DNA from: a virus
Virus record (IMG/VR): IMGVR_UViG_3300025108_004499
DNA: 64,000 nt
Reading direction: 5' to 3' (one strand)
A program made the position numbers and the translations under genes. Of the stretch, positions 1 to 9,014 are shown piece after piece. The stretch's first letter is position 1. Every line of letters starts with the position of its first letter. A model generated the notes under the pieces. It was not told where the DNA came from and did no database searches. It worked only from the letters and a program-made list of their open reading frames with translations.

Positions 1-303
1 AAGTTCCTGTACTTCTCTAGAAACTGCTTTAAATTCGCTTCGTACTTCAGACAAGTTCTTACTAGCTCTATTTAGCGTCTTTACTAGTTGTCTTATCGTG
101 TAAATTGTCCAGAACCACCACGTTACTGCTGTTACAGCAAATAGCCCTAACCCTACATAAAATGCTTGTTCAAAATTAATTACACCTGTAGCAACTAAGA
201 TTCCGGCAACCACCAGAAAAATAGTAGGGACTATCCTTGCGAATGTATCCCATCTCTCGACTTGGGCTTCTATTTGTTTTTCGTTTAATTCCATAATCTT
301 CAT
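1..303 (-). CDS. Partial membrane protein (runs off window start)
   Basis: ATG at 303, open to position 1 (MKIMELNEKQIEAQVERWDTFARIVPTIFLVVAGIL...); two hydrophobic segments then coiled coil. Confidence 0.7.
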   Translation of the reverse strand, partial: MKIMELNEKQIEAQVERWDTFARIVPTIFLVVAGILVATGVINFEQAFYVGLGLFAVTAVTWWFWTIYTIRQLVKTLNRASKNLSEVRSEFKAVSREVQEL

Positions 304-409
304 TCTGCCTTTTGTTATCGGAGGCTCGTGGCGAACTCCGTGTTACTCATGACTTTAGTGTCATAACGCATACTATTTAATACTTTCTAAGGGTTGATTA
401 AATTGGAAC

Positions 410-829
410 TTAACCTGATATTGCACCAAAAGATCTCCACTCACCTGGAGTACCAGTTCTAACACAAATCCAACCTAAGTTGCCGCCTGGGGTAGGTGCA
501 TCATGCCATACAATATCACCTTGATTGTAAAGACCAATAGTTGGGATACCGTCACCAACTTCCATCTTTTTGTTTTGAAACTTAACAGGTCCGTTAGTTT
601 CTAATGCTACGCCATTTGATACTGCTGAAACACCAATTCCTACATTACCTTCAAATACTGTGTTTGAAGATCCTTGTACTTTAAGTGTGCCGCCGCCATC
701 AATAATAAGTCTTGATGTTGTATCGTCTCCAGCGATTTGATTGATTGATAGAAGTGCATTACCTAAACTGTTTAGACCTTCTTTAATTGCAAGAACGTTC
801 TCTGCACTTATGTTTACTAATGCTGTCAT
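410..829 (-). CDS. Putative virion/fibre-associated protein, paralogue of the C-terminus of 826..1893
   Basis: Likely start MTALV at 829 overlapping the upstream stop; C-terminal GDIVW..P..GG.LGWICV..G.PG.W..FG.I motif shared with neighbour. Confidence 0.55.
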   Translation of the reverse strand: MTALVNISAENVLAIKEGLNSLGNALLSINQIAGDDTTSRLIIDGGGTLKVQGSSNTVFEGNVGIGVSAVSNGVALETNGPVKFQNKKMEVGDGIPTIGLYNQGDIVWHDAPTPGGNLGWICVRTGTPGEWRSFGAISG

Positions 830-1893
830 GCTTCTATCTTCCCAAATTGTTTCCATGTACCAGGTGCACCACTTTCTACACATACCCAACCCATAAAGCC
901 TCCTGCTTGTGGATTAGTATCGTATACAATATCACCTTGGTTGTTGTTTCCTGTAGTAGGCATTTCGTTACCTACTGCTAATCTTTTGTCTGCAAATCTA
1001 ATTGCGCCTGCTACTTGTAAATCTACATCGTCACCTGGATACTGTACTTTAATACCTAGTGTGCCTTTTACTTCAACACCGCCTTGTTCTTTAATAACAA
1101 TACGTTCTTTGTTGTCTGTAATTAGACTCATTTTACTTGTAGTATATGCACCTACTCTAATATGATCAAACTCAGGATCAACTACAAACTCTGCTTCGTT
1201 ACTTGCTACACTTAATTGTGCATTAGGTGCTTCAGCACCAATAGCAAAACGCATTGTTCCACTATCGTATGTAACAAATTCGTCAACACTTAGATCGCCT
1301 GCTATACGTAGACTGTTTAATGTTCCTACAGTTTCAAGTTCACTGTGCTTAACAGTAACACCTAACTTGTCTGCACTTAGTACAGGAATATTATCAATTT
1401 CAATTACTGCATTTCTATGTAGGTCAATTGTATTACTAATGTAGAATCTATCTCCACGCCATACAATTTGTTTAGTTGCTTCACCGTCTTGTCTCCATTG
1501 CATACCCATCATGTCAATGGTTCCGCCTTGAGCAGTAAAGTCAATATTTTGTGTAACTTTTTGTGTTGAACTTAGTTCTTCAACGTGTAGTTTGCCAGCA
1601 GTGAGAGTTCCCTGCACATTTAATGCTCCACTTACGTCAATGTCGCCTATTAGGCTATCAACGTCCATACTACCTACAGTAATCAAATCATCTTCTACAA
1701 GCAAACTAGTTCTAGTTGCTTTGTCATTGATACCTGTACTTCTAAGTAGTGTAATTTTACCGCCATGCACTGCATTACCGCTAATACTGTTTACAGTTGC
1801 GGGTGGCATTTCTGCGGCTTGTGTGTTTGCTATGGTCTCAACAGTCGTTGCTAGACGTGCGAGGCCTTCTCTTATATTATCTATCTGGCTCAT
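826..1893 (-). CDS. Putative virion/fibre protein
   Basis: Late TAAATA box 5 nt before ATG 1893; beta-rich; C-terminal GDIVYD.NP..GG.MGWVCV.SG.PG.WKQFG motif. Confidence 0.55.
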   Translation of the reverse strand: MSQIDNIREGLARLATTVETIANTQAAEMPPATVNSISGNAVHGGKITLLRSTGINDKATRTSLLVEDDLITVGSMDVDSLIGDIDVSGALNVQGTLTAGKLHVEELSSTQKVTQNIDFTAQGGTIDMMGMQWRQDGEATKQIVWRGDRFYISNTIDLHRNAVIEIDNIPVLSADKLGVTVKHSELETVGTLNSLRIAGDLSVDEFVTYDSGTMRFAIGAEAPNAQLSVASNEAEFVVDPEFDHIRVGAYTTSKMSLITDNKERIVIKEQGGVEVKGTLGIKVQYPGDDVDLQVAGAIRFADKRLAVGNEMPTTGNNNQGDIVYDTNPQAGGFMGWVCVESGAPGTWKQFGKIEA

Positions 1894-1904
1894 GTAAGTA
1901 TTTA

Positions 1905-3212
1905 TCAACTTACCTTCAGAAGCACTGTATCCGCATTTATCCTACCGTTAAGTTTAATGTCTACAGCATTGATATCTTCTAAGAATGTACGTAGTTTAAC
2001 CTTGCCTGCCTCTTTAAACTCTTTAAGTTTTTCTTCAGGCTTACGCATTGTCTTTTGAATACTTTCTGTTTCATTAAATCCAATAATAGTAGTACCTTTT
2101 ACACTAAGTCCACTACCTTCACGTTGCATACCTTGCGGATCTATGTTCTTAGCAACATACTTACCAATCTTACGTGTCTTAACATTAAACACCCAAAGCT
2201 CATTTGCATAGATAATTTCTATTGGATTAATACTTGCAAGACTGTTCTTATTGTCCACTTTGCAATATTTTAACTTCTCAACTAGTTTCTCAGCACTCTT
2301 AGGCTTACGTTTTCTAGTCTTACGTGTTGCTTTACTTGTATCAACTACTAGTTGGCAAGCCATTTGTATATTGCCCATTGCTTCTAATATTTTTTTAACA
2401 TCATCTTTGTTAAGATGTGCATATGCTTCTTTGAGTTGTTCCAACATGTCTTGTGCATGTTCGTCCATCTTTGCAATTTTAGCCTTACTAGGATAGTTCA
2501 ATAGTTCTGTGTACTCTGATATTTCATCATCATAGAAACTAGATATTCTACGTGCATGAGCTTGTGTTACACCAAAGTTTTGAAAGTGTTGTTTAAAATT
2601 AAACCCTTTAGGGTCAAATGACTTTGGGTCTGTTATCCACCCATCTAACCATTCTTCAATTTCTTCTGATTGAATATTTACTTGCTCACGTATACGTTCT
2701 TGTATAGTAGGTTGATGTACTTTTGCTTTTTCTTCTTCTACTTCTTTCTTTTGTGTAAGTAGATATTCGCCTTGTGATATTGCTTCTACAATACGTTTCT
2801 TTAAGAATACACTAGCAGGAGCAACATCGCCCATTGTTCCAGCAAGTGTTTGCCAGTAGTCGTCATGCTTCTTATTGTAGTCAGGCATTCCTGCCATTAA
2901 TAGTTTAGCAGTAATGCTACCTGTAATGCTTAATGCATGTGTTGGTGCGGCCCTAACTGCTTTAATTTGTTCTTTTGTATAACCTTCTTTAGTCATCCAA
3001 CCTGAAACTGCTGGATATAAGTCTGCAGGTTTATAATTCTCGTAATACCATGCTCGTGCATGTTGACTGGCTTTGTGAAACTGCTCTCCAGTCCATTCTT
3101 CCCAACCGTCCCAACTAGGTTCAGTAAGTTTATTGCCTCGTTTAATACGTGGTGCACCACGGGGAGCCTTCTTTTTAACAGCTCTACCTGTGATCTTATT
3201 TACTCTAGCCAT
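1905..3212 (-). CDS. Phage hypothetical protein (435 aa)
   Basis: Long ORF with RBS and upstream TTGACT-N17 promoter at about 3240-3267. Confidence 0.75.
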   Translation of the reverse strand: MARVNKITGRAVKKKAPRGAPRIKRGNKLTEPSWDGWEEWTGEQFHKASQHARAWYYENYKPADLYPAVSGWMTKEGYTKEQIKAVRAAPTHALSITGSITAKLLMAGMPDYNKKHDDYWQTLAGTMGDVAPASVFLKKRIVEAISQGEYLLTQKKEVEEEKAKVHQPTIQERIREQVNIQSEEIEEWLDGWITDPKSFDPKGFNFKQHFQNFGVTQAHARRISSFYDDEISEYTELLNYPSKAKIAKMDEHAQDMLEQLKEAYAHLNKDDVKKILEAMGNIQMACQLVVDTSKATRKTRKRKPKSAEKLVEKLKYCKVDNKNSLASINPIEIIYANELWVFNVKTRKIGKYVAKNIDPQGMQREGSGLSVKGTTIIGFNETESIQKTMRKPEEKLKEFKEAGKVKLRTFLEDINAVDIKLNGRINADTVLLKVS

Positions 3213-3270
3213 GTGCCACTCCTCTAATGTGTATAAACAGTATATAGCCGACTTAACAAAAAGTCAAGCA

Positions 3271-3972
3271 TTATTGGAAATATTTTTTTTGATGAAATGC
3301 TCGTTTGTACATATTATGTAAGAACAAGTTCATTTTACTTCTAGTAGTTGGAGCCTCATATTTGAGTGTATGCTTCCAATTTTCTCTTTTAAAAGGTATT
3401 ACTTGTACCAACGGTTCGCCTGGCTTAATTAGTTTTACAGGATCAGTTAGGTAACAAGGAAAATTAAGATTGTTTAAATCAAATTCATCAGTATCAATAA
3501 TTGCAGGCATTATTACAAACTCTTGATCAAAATGCCAAAACGGTTGTACAAACAAACAACTATAACCTGGAGGAGTTTTGATCTTCCAAGGCACAGATAC
3601 TTTAATAAAAGATTTCTTTTTGCCTTGTATGTGTACAGGACATTGTTGGTTTGAATGAAATGCACTTGGAGAAGTAAACTTGTTTTGTACTTCCATAAAC
3701 TCACCAATGCGTTCAACAGGATATACTCTTTCAAGTTCTTCTTCGCCTGTATCATGATTAGTTTGTGCTATAATTTCTTGTTCATATACATTAGGTATAA
3801 TGTAACCTGCAGTTACCATATCTCTCACAGGCCAACAGCCTGCAATGGTTGGAACACCATTGTCGTCATTTGCTTTAAGACTGCTATACCAATCAGGCAA
3901 GCAATCTTTAGCAGGTACGATAGGAAAATTTGTTAAGACACTTTTGTCACCACAAATAAATTCGATATCCAT
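3271..3972 (-). CDS. Hypothetical protein, dUTPase-like/DUF6065-like
   Basis: PW.IKTPPGYS.LF..P, IIDTD and G.PLVQVIPF motifs typical of this phage family. Confidence 0.5.
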   Translation of the reverse strand: MDIEFICGDKSVLTNFPIVPAKDCLPDWYSSLKANDDNGVPTIAGCWPVRDMVTAGYIIPNVYEQEIIAQTNHDTGEEELERVYPVERIGEFMEVQNKFTSPSAFHSNQQCPVHIQGKKKSFIKVSVPWKIKTPPGYSCLFVQPFWHFDQEFVIMPAIIDTDEFDLNNLNFPCYLTDPVKLIKPGEPLVQVIPFKRENWKHTLKYEAPTTRSKMNLFLHNMYKRAFHQKKYFQ

Positions 3973-4526
3973 TAAGTACTTTCGTTCATGTTAATACAAA
4001 TTGCTTGATGTCCTGCTTCAAAGTAACCATTACCTTTGCCATGTTCTACACTAAGAACATCTCTTGCTTGAAAGCATTCAGTCATTGTTGAATGAACACT
4101 AACAAGTTCTGCAAAAGGTGTTACTTCAAAAAAGTATACAAATACTAGAGTCCACATATTATTCTCCACCTCCAGAAACTACGTATGTTCCTACTGTGCG
4201 ATTATATGCTTCTATAAGCATTTCCCACATTTCGTTACTTAATAATAACATTTCGTCAACATCGATAGTTTCGTTGTACTGCACAAGATACACACCCTCT
4301 TCATCAAAGTGTGCTTTTACATCTTCAAACTTTCCTGTTGTATCCATTACAGTTACAACAGATTCGTCAAAGTTTTCTTCTACAGTAAACATTTTATAAT
4401 CCTAGTATACCAAATAGGTTGAACCAACCCATTGATGTTCCAATAATTATAGGTACACCTAACATCATAAAAGCAATGATGAAGAACGCTATGCCTACAC
4501 CTTTGTTGTGATATGGTTCGTTTGGA

Positions 4527-4967
4527 TTACTCATGTTCGCCACCATAACCACGTGAGTTAATTCCGTTGTCTCTACGGAACGCACTTGGATTACGTTTTG
4601 CGGTTTCAAATGTTGCTACTGTTACTGCAATCGCTCCTAGCAATAGTGCGTGTATAATCATACTAATTACACCTGCCCACATACTACTTACAATAATTGC
4701 AAATACAATACACCACATCCATGCAAGTACTTGCATGATCATATGCCGTGTGCTAAAGTCTGGAATGTTACTCAACGGATTCATATTATGATCCATTACT
4801 ACATTCCAACAATTATAAATCCATTCTCTCATTGATATAACCTTTCTAAATGTTACCTTTACTGGATAATGTGCGTCGGCGACATCGCGCCAATCTATTG
4901 CGTCATACAGATCATGAAATGTCTGTGTAACTTTGTGATTCTTAAAATATGCTGTGACCTTATACAT
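4527..4967 (-). CDS. Membrane hypothetical protein (possible internal start MREW)
   Basis: NPL..IPD...RH..MQ.LAWMWC motif followed by TM helices. Confidence 0.6.
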   Translation of the reverse strand: MYKVTAYFKNHKVTQTFHDLYDAIDWRDVADAHYPVKVTFRKVISMREWIYNCWNVVMDHNMNPLSNIPDFSTRHMIMQVLAWMWCIVFAIIVSSMWAGVISMIIHALLLGAIAVTVATFETAKRNPSAFRRDNGINSRGYGGEHE

Positions 4968-6289
4968 TAGATCTTCTCACCAGCTTGAAATCCACGAAAC
5001 GTTTTGAATCGTGGAAATCTCAAACTGTAAGTGTCACTGTCTTGTGATTGTGTTCGAGCATCTGCTCTAATTTCAATTAACTGACCAATGAGACTAGAAC
5101 GTTCAGTCCAGTACTCATCACGTTGAGCGTCAGTGAAACCGCTCCCACAGTTAAGGCGATAATTGTATCCATCGTCTTCTCCTTCTACTATTACGGCACC
5201 TAGTCTTCCTTCGTTACGTCCTGTGCCTTCCTCAACGTCAACGACGGTTAGTGTAATTTCAATAAAAGGTTTTGCTTTGAGCCAAGCATGTGTACGTTTA
5301 CATTCGTAGGGTGCATCAATGTCTTTTATCATAACCCCTTCATAGCCACCGTCTACAGCCGTCTTATTAAGCTCTACAAAGCGTCTATTGCCTTCATCAG
5401 TACTCAAGTCTACCTCTTCCCATTCACACGCTGTAACGTGCTCTAAGAGGTCTTGATTCTCCAGTACCCAATACTTGACTAAGTTACTACGATATGTTTG
5501 TGGTTTATCCCAACCACCTTCTAAAAAGTCTTTCAATGGAATAAAGTCAAACAAGTGTAGTACACTATCAGTTGCGGCTTTACCATCTTTTCTATGTACT
5601 TGCTTCATAAGGTCTTGGAAGTCTTTGCTCATTACTTCGCCGTCAAGTACACAATCATATGGACTAGGCTTTGCGGCAAGTACTGCTTCAATCTCTGCGA
5701 TGATGTGCGGAAAGTTATGAAACTGTTTTCCATTACGTGAGAACAATTCTACCTTACCACCTTTGCATACTGCTAGTACACGAACACCGTCTAGTTTAAC
5801 TTCAATTTGTTTTTTGCCTACCATCTTCTTTTCATGGTTAGCTGAGTCGTGTGCAAGTGAACAAGTAAATGTAGGAATTGCATACTGTGGAAACTTTTTA
5901 GCAATCTTGTTTACAGTCTTTTCACTACAACCACAACGTAGGTCTTTGATTAAGATACGTCTATAAAATCCATTCCACTGTTCAGTAGTAGCAACACCCA
6001 TTGCTAATATGATAGCATCACGTGCCGCATGACCTGTAAGTTCTCTATTAATAAGTTGGTTAGCAAGGACTTTAAATGTATCCCAATCTAATCCTTGTCC
6101 TGTAAGCACATCTGTACGTTCAGGTACTTGCTTCACACCAAATGTAACAAGTGGATCAAGAGCCATACGTACACCTTCAAAGAACTCATCTAGTCCTTCT
6201 TCCATTGCTTCTAGTATTACTTGTTCCTTAGCAAGACGTGAATTATCTGCTTCTAACTTTTCTATAATAGCCTGTGGTTGCGTTCTCAT
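4967..6289 (-). CDS. lig: ATP-dependent DNA ligase
   Basis: Motif I KLDGVR, SRNGK, LDGE, EGVMIK, WLKAK, C-terminal OB fold with SLRFPRF. Confidence 0.95.
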   Translation of the reverse strand: MRTQPQAIIEKLEADNSRLAKEQVILEAMEEGLDEFFEGVRMALDPLVTFGVKQVPERTDVLTGQGLDWDTFKVLANQLINRELTGHAARDAIILAMGVATTEQWNGFYRRILIKDLRCGCSEKTVNKIAKKFPQYAIPTFTCSLAHDSANHEKKMVGKKQIEVKLDGVRVLAVCKGGKVELFSRNGKQFHNFPHIIAEIEAVLAAKPSPYDCVLDGEVMSKDFQDLMKQVHRKDGKAATDSVLHLFDFIPLKDFLEGGWDKPQTYRSNLVKYWVLENQDLLEHVTACEWEEVDLSTDEGNRRFVELNKTAVDGGYEGVMIKDIDAPYECKRTHAWLKAKPFIEITLTVVDVEEGTGRNEGRLGAVIVEGEDDGYNYRLNCGSGFTDAQRDEYWTERSSLIGQLIEIRADARTQSQDSDTYSLRFPRFKTFRGFQAGEKI

Positions 6290-6366
6290 GTGTGCCTCAT
6301 TAATTAATTATGTTACTATAATAGCATCAGTATATACAAATGTCAACCTCTTTTGGACAATAAAAT

Positions 6367-6440
6367 TGGCATAGGTGGAGGGAATCGAACCCCCATTAAC
6401 TGGTTTGGAATCAGTTGTGTTACCATTACACCACACCCAT
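6367..6440 (-). tRNA. tRNA-Trp(CCA)
   Basis: Cloverleaf; acceptor ATGGGTG/CACCTAT, discriminator G, encoded CCA, loop TTCCAAA (one A-C mismatch in anticodon stem). Confidence 0.88.
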
Positions 6441-6477
6441 AAAAAAAGCCCCTAATAAAATTAATTACTAGGGGCTT
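6441..6477 (-). terminator. Intrinsic terminator directly upstream of tRNA-Trp
   Basis: 13-bp stem AAGCCCCTAGTAA/TTATTAGGGGCTT followed by a T-tract that abuts tRNA position 1. Confidence 0.85.
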
Positions 6478-6506
6478 ACTGAAATAACTTTTTTTACAAA
6501 GTCATG

Positions 6507-6566
6507 TCAAGACATACCCCCGGATGGTGGCCAACAAGTAATATATGTTGTATTAGTCTGTGACAT
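6507..6566 (-). CDS. Candidate leader peptide MSQTNTTYITCWPPSGGMS
   Basis: AAGGA RBS at 6579-6575; upstream TTGACA-N17-TATATT promoter; single Trp codon followed by Pro-Pro; precedes terminator and tRNA-Trp. Confidence 0.6.
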   Translation of the reverse strand: MSQTNTTYITCWPPSGGMS

Positions 6567-6609
6567 GTTAGTATTCCTTATTTCTTATTATGTATTTAAT
6601 ATACACTCT

Positions 6610-6783
6610 TTATTTTAGTTTGTCAACATCTTTTTTGTCTGCTCTACCTTTTTTTCCGCAGTGTGGACAATGAAATGTTGTTCGTTCAATGCAATACTTG
6701 TCTTCCATAGTAGCGAATGTAAACCAGCCCTTACATTGAGTGCAGGTTAAATGCCATATGATTTCTTTTACCGCATTGAACAT
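6610..6783 (-). CDS. Small zinc-ribbon protein (57 aa)
   Basis: MFNAVKEIIWHLTCTQC...FHCPHCGKK; two CxxC pairs; TAAATA box upstream. Confidence 0.7.
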   Translation of the reverse strand: MFNAVKEIIWHLTCTQCKGWFTFATMEDKYCIERTTFHCPHCGKKGRADKKDVDKLK

Positions 6784-6810
6784 TGTAAAAGTATTTAGCT
6801 TACCTATCTT

Positions 6811-6963
6811 TTAGATTTTTTGTAATCTTGGATCTGAACTTAGTATGTTCTTTTCAGCTCTTGGTCTAGACAAACGATTCTCAGCCATTTTGCGTATTAT
6901 TGCTTTATGTGCTAGTTCTGTTTTTCTTTTCTTACGAGCTAGTTCGAAGTCTTTGTGATTCAT
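6811..6963 (-). CDS. Small basic protein (50 aa) downstream of glutamine riboswitch
   Basis: MNHKDFELARKKRKTELAHKAIIRKMAENRLSRPRAEKNILSSDPRLQKI with GGGAG RBS. Confidence 0.65.
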   Translation of the reverse strand: MNHKDFELARKKRKTELAHKAIIRKMAENRLSRPRAEKNILSSDPRLQKI

Positions 6964-6987
6964 AACACTCTCCCTTTTACAGTTAAG

Positions 6988-7033
6988 TGCGTTCCTTCGC
7001 TTAGTGCTACTTCCGGGCTTATTGCCTGAACGT
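6988..7033 (-). promoter_or_regulatory. glnA-motif (glutamine-I) riboswitch
   Basis: ACGTTCA-GGC(AATAA)GCC-CGGAAGTA-GC(ACTAA)GC-GAAGGAACGCA matches the glnA RNA three-way junction/E-loop consensus. Confidence 0.8.
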
Positions 7034-7037
7034 AATA

Positions 7038-7415
7038 TTATTTAGCTCTAGATTGGTAGTCTTTTATTGCTGATTTGATTGCATCTTCGGCAAGTACACT
7101 GCAATGTATCTTAACTGGCGGTAGTGCAAGTTCTTCTACAATGTCCATATTCTTAACTGCTGATGCTTCGTCTAGTGTCATTCCTTTTACCATTTCAGTT
7201 ACTAAACTTGAACTTGCTATTGCACTACCGCAACCGTAAGTTTTGAATTTAGCATCTACAATAACGTTATCTTCTACTTCTATCTGTAGACGCATAACAT
7301 CACCGCAGGCAGGTGCTCCTACCATTCCTGTTCCGATGTTATCTTTACTAGGATCAAACTTTCCAACGTTGCGGGGGTTTTCGTAATGGTCCATTACTTT
7401 TTCTGAGTAGGCCAT
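7038..7415 (-). CDS. iscU: Fe-S cluster scaffold IscU
   Basis: YSEKVMDHYENPRNVG, GAPACGD, GCGSAIASSS, LPPVKIHCS. Confidence 0.95.
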   Translation of the reverse strand: MAYSEKVMDHYENPRNVGKFDPSKDNIGTGMVGAPACGDVMRLQIEVEDNVIVDAKFKTYGCGSAIASSSLVTEMVKGMTLDEASAVKNMDIVEELALPPVKIHCSVLAEDAIKSAIKDYQSRAK

Positions 7416-7460
7416 ATAATAGTCTCTGTAGTTATACTACATTTATTTATGACCATTAGT

Positions 7461-7535
7461 TGGTAGTCCCAAGGGGAATCGAACCCCTCTTTTCAGGATG
7501 AAAACCTGATGTCCTAACCGATAGACGATGGGACC
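7461..7535 (-). tRNA. tRNA-Glu(TTC)
   Basis: Cloverleaf, stem TCAGG/CCTGA, loop TTTTCAT, CCA end. Confidence 0.92.
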
Positions 7536-7545
7536 ATATCTTACT

Positions 7546-7620
7546 TGGCTGGAACGATAGGACTCGAACCTATAATCACTTGTACCAAAAACAAGGGCAT
7601 TACCATTATGCTACGTTCCA
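7546..7620 (-). tRNA. tRNA-Gln(TTG)
   Basis: U1-A72 acceptor, stem CTTGT/ACAAG, loop TTTTGGT, CCA end. Confidence 0.9.
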
Positions 7621-7633
7621 TTACCAGTTAAAC

Positions 7634-7709
7634 TGGTGCCGGCACACGGACTCGAACCGCGGACCTACTGATTACAAATCAGTTGCTCTACCAACTGAGC
7701 TATGCCGGC
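7634..7709 (-). tRNA. tRNA-Thr(TGT)
   Basis: GCCGGCA acceptor, loop TTTGTAA, CCA end. Confidence 0.95.
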
Positions 7710-7711
7710 AT

Positions 7712-7801
7712 TGGCGGAAGATGTAGGATTCGAACCCACGGTAGAGTCACCCCTACGACGGTTTAGTAAACCGCTCCTTTAAACCACTCAGGCAATCTTC
7801 C
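7712..7801 (-). tRNA. tRNA-Ser with ACT anticodon
   Basis: Long variable arm, G73, GGAAGAT/ATCTTCC acceptor, stem GCGGT/ACCGT, loop TTACTAA. Confidence 0.85.
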
Positions 7802-7811
7802 AGTTTGTTAT

Positions 7812-8222
7812 TTATTTTGTAAACTTTAGTCTTTGTTGTTTACCGTTATACATAAAAGTTACAACCGAATGACTATAAACTTCACGCTGTGATTCTTCAT
7901 ATCTAGTTTCAATTTGACACTCTCGACGTGTACCACTTGGTTTCTTTTGTGCTTTATCTGCACCAATAACTCCTCCAAGTATTGCACCTGCCGCGGCACC
8001 TTTATCATTACCACCTAGTACTTTACCTAGTACACCGCCAATAATCATTCCGCCCAAGGCACCTTCTCCTGCATTAGATCCTTGAACAGTTACATCTTTA
8101 CACACTTCAACTCTGTAAGGTGTTTGCTCAATAACTATTTTATATTGATCTGTTACAGTTTCAGCTATTGCTGATGTAGACATCAAAGTAAAAATTCCTG
8201 CTGTAATAAATTTATTCATCAT
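7812..8222 (-). CDS. Secreted glycine-zipper 2TM protein
   Basis: Signal peptide; GALGGMIIGGVLG...GAAAGAILGGVIG. Confidence 0.8.
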   Translation of the reverse strand: MMNKFITAGIFTLMSTSAIAETVTDQYKIVIEQTPYRVEVCKDVTVQGSNAGEGALGGMIIGGVLGKVLGGNDKGAAAGAILGGVIGADKAQKKPSGTRRECQIETRYEESQREVYSHSVVTFMYNGKQQRLKFTK

Positions 8223-8369
8223 TGTCTCCTTTTAATTGTTTAATTCTATCTTTCATCCAACCAATTGCGGTATGTATATGTCCTGTGTCATGTTCTTGTA
8301 ACTGACTCTGTGCATATTTAACTTCATCTTCTAAGTACTTGACTCGGATAAGGTTTCCGCTAAAGTCTT

Positions 8370-8720
8370 TTAATTTTCCTTCCAAAACTCACCTAACCTT
8401 ACTTTGTAATCTTCTTTAGCAATAACTTCAATGTTAGTTACTCGGTCGTATCTAAAACTACGAAAGCCTTTTGATTCAACTGCCCACACTGCACAGACTT
8501 TGTCCGATATCTCTCGAACTTTCTTTTGGGTGATTGCATCATCTTTTTTAGCTGGAGGAAGAAAGTCTGCAATAAGTGTACAAGGCATTTTGCGTTCATC
8601 ACCATTTAATTTTTTAAATGTAACTACTGCTACTTCTTTCTTTAACAACTCCATAAGTGCATCTCTTGTTGGGATGCCTTTTAAACTTGCTACTGTTTCT
8701 TCTACAGTTGTATCTACCAT
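8370..8720 (-). CDS. SH3-like/WYL_2 (DUF2693-like) protein
   Basis: V.VTFKK.NG..R.M.CTL ... VW.VE..GFRSFR.D. Confidence 0.65.
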   Translation of the reverse strand: MVDTTVEETVASLKGIPTRDALMELLKKEVAVVTFKKLNGDERKMPCTLIADFLPPAKKDDAITQKKVREISDKVCAVWAVESKGFRSFRYDRVTNIEVIAKEDYKVRLGEFWKEN

Positions 8721-9014
8721 ATTATTCTCCACTTTTTATTATTGCTGTGTACTGTAAAATTGACACTGAGAACAGTTAGTATAAATTACTGTTAGGACAG
8801 TTGCTAACATAAACAGTACAATGAAAATTTGTTTACCCATGCTCATGGAACTATAACTCCTCTACAATACCAAGTATTTCTGCAACAAGAAATCCTACGG
8901 CTAACCAGCCCCAACTATATGTAACTAATGCAACTACACAACCTGCAATACGTACTGCACTTTTTACAAGACTAATATAAAAATGTTTCTTACTTACGTC
9001 TACTGGTTCAGCCA

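Noticed and set aside
304-372. Two hairpins upstream of the first ORF as a riboswitch
   Set aside because: Short stems with no recognisable consensus; not enough support.
6367-6440. Reading this tRNA as Gly(TCC)
   Set aside because: Only the CCA register gives a paired anticodon stem; G73 and A1-U72 fit Trp.
7712-7801. Possible amber suppressor (CTA in the loop) or stop-codon recoding
   Set aside because: Stem pairing fixes the loop as TTACTAA with ACT at 34-36. Conserved genes are uninterrupted in the standard code and TAG/TGA are used as normal stops.
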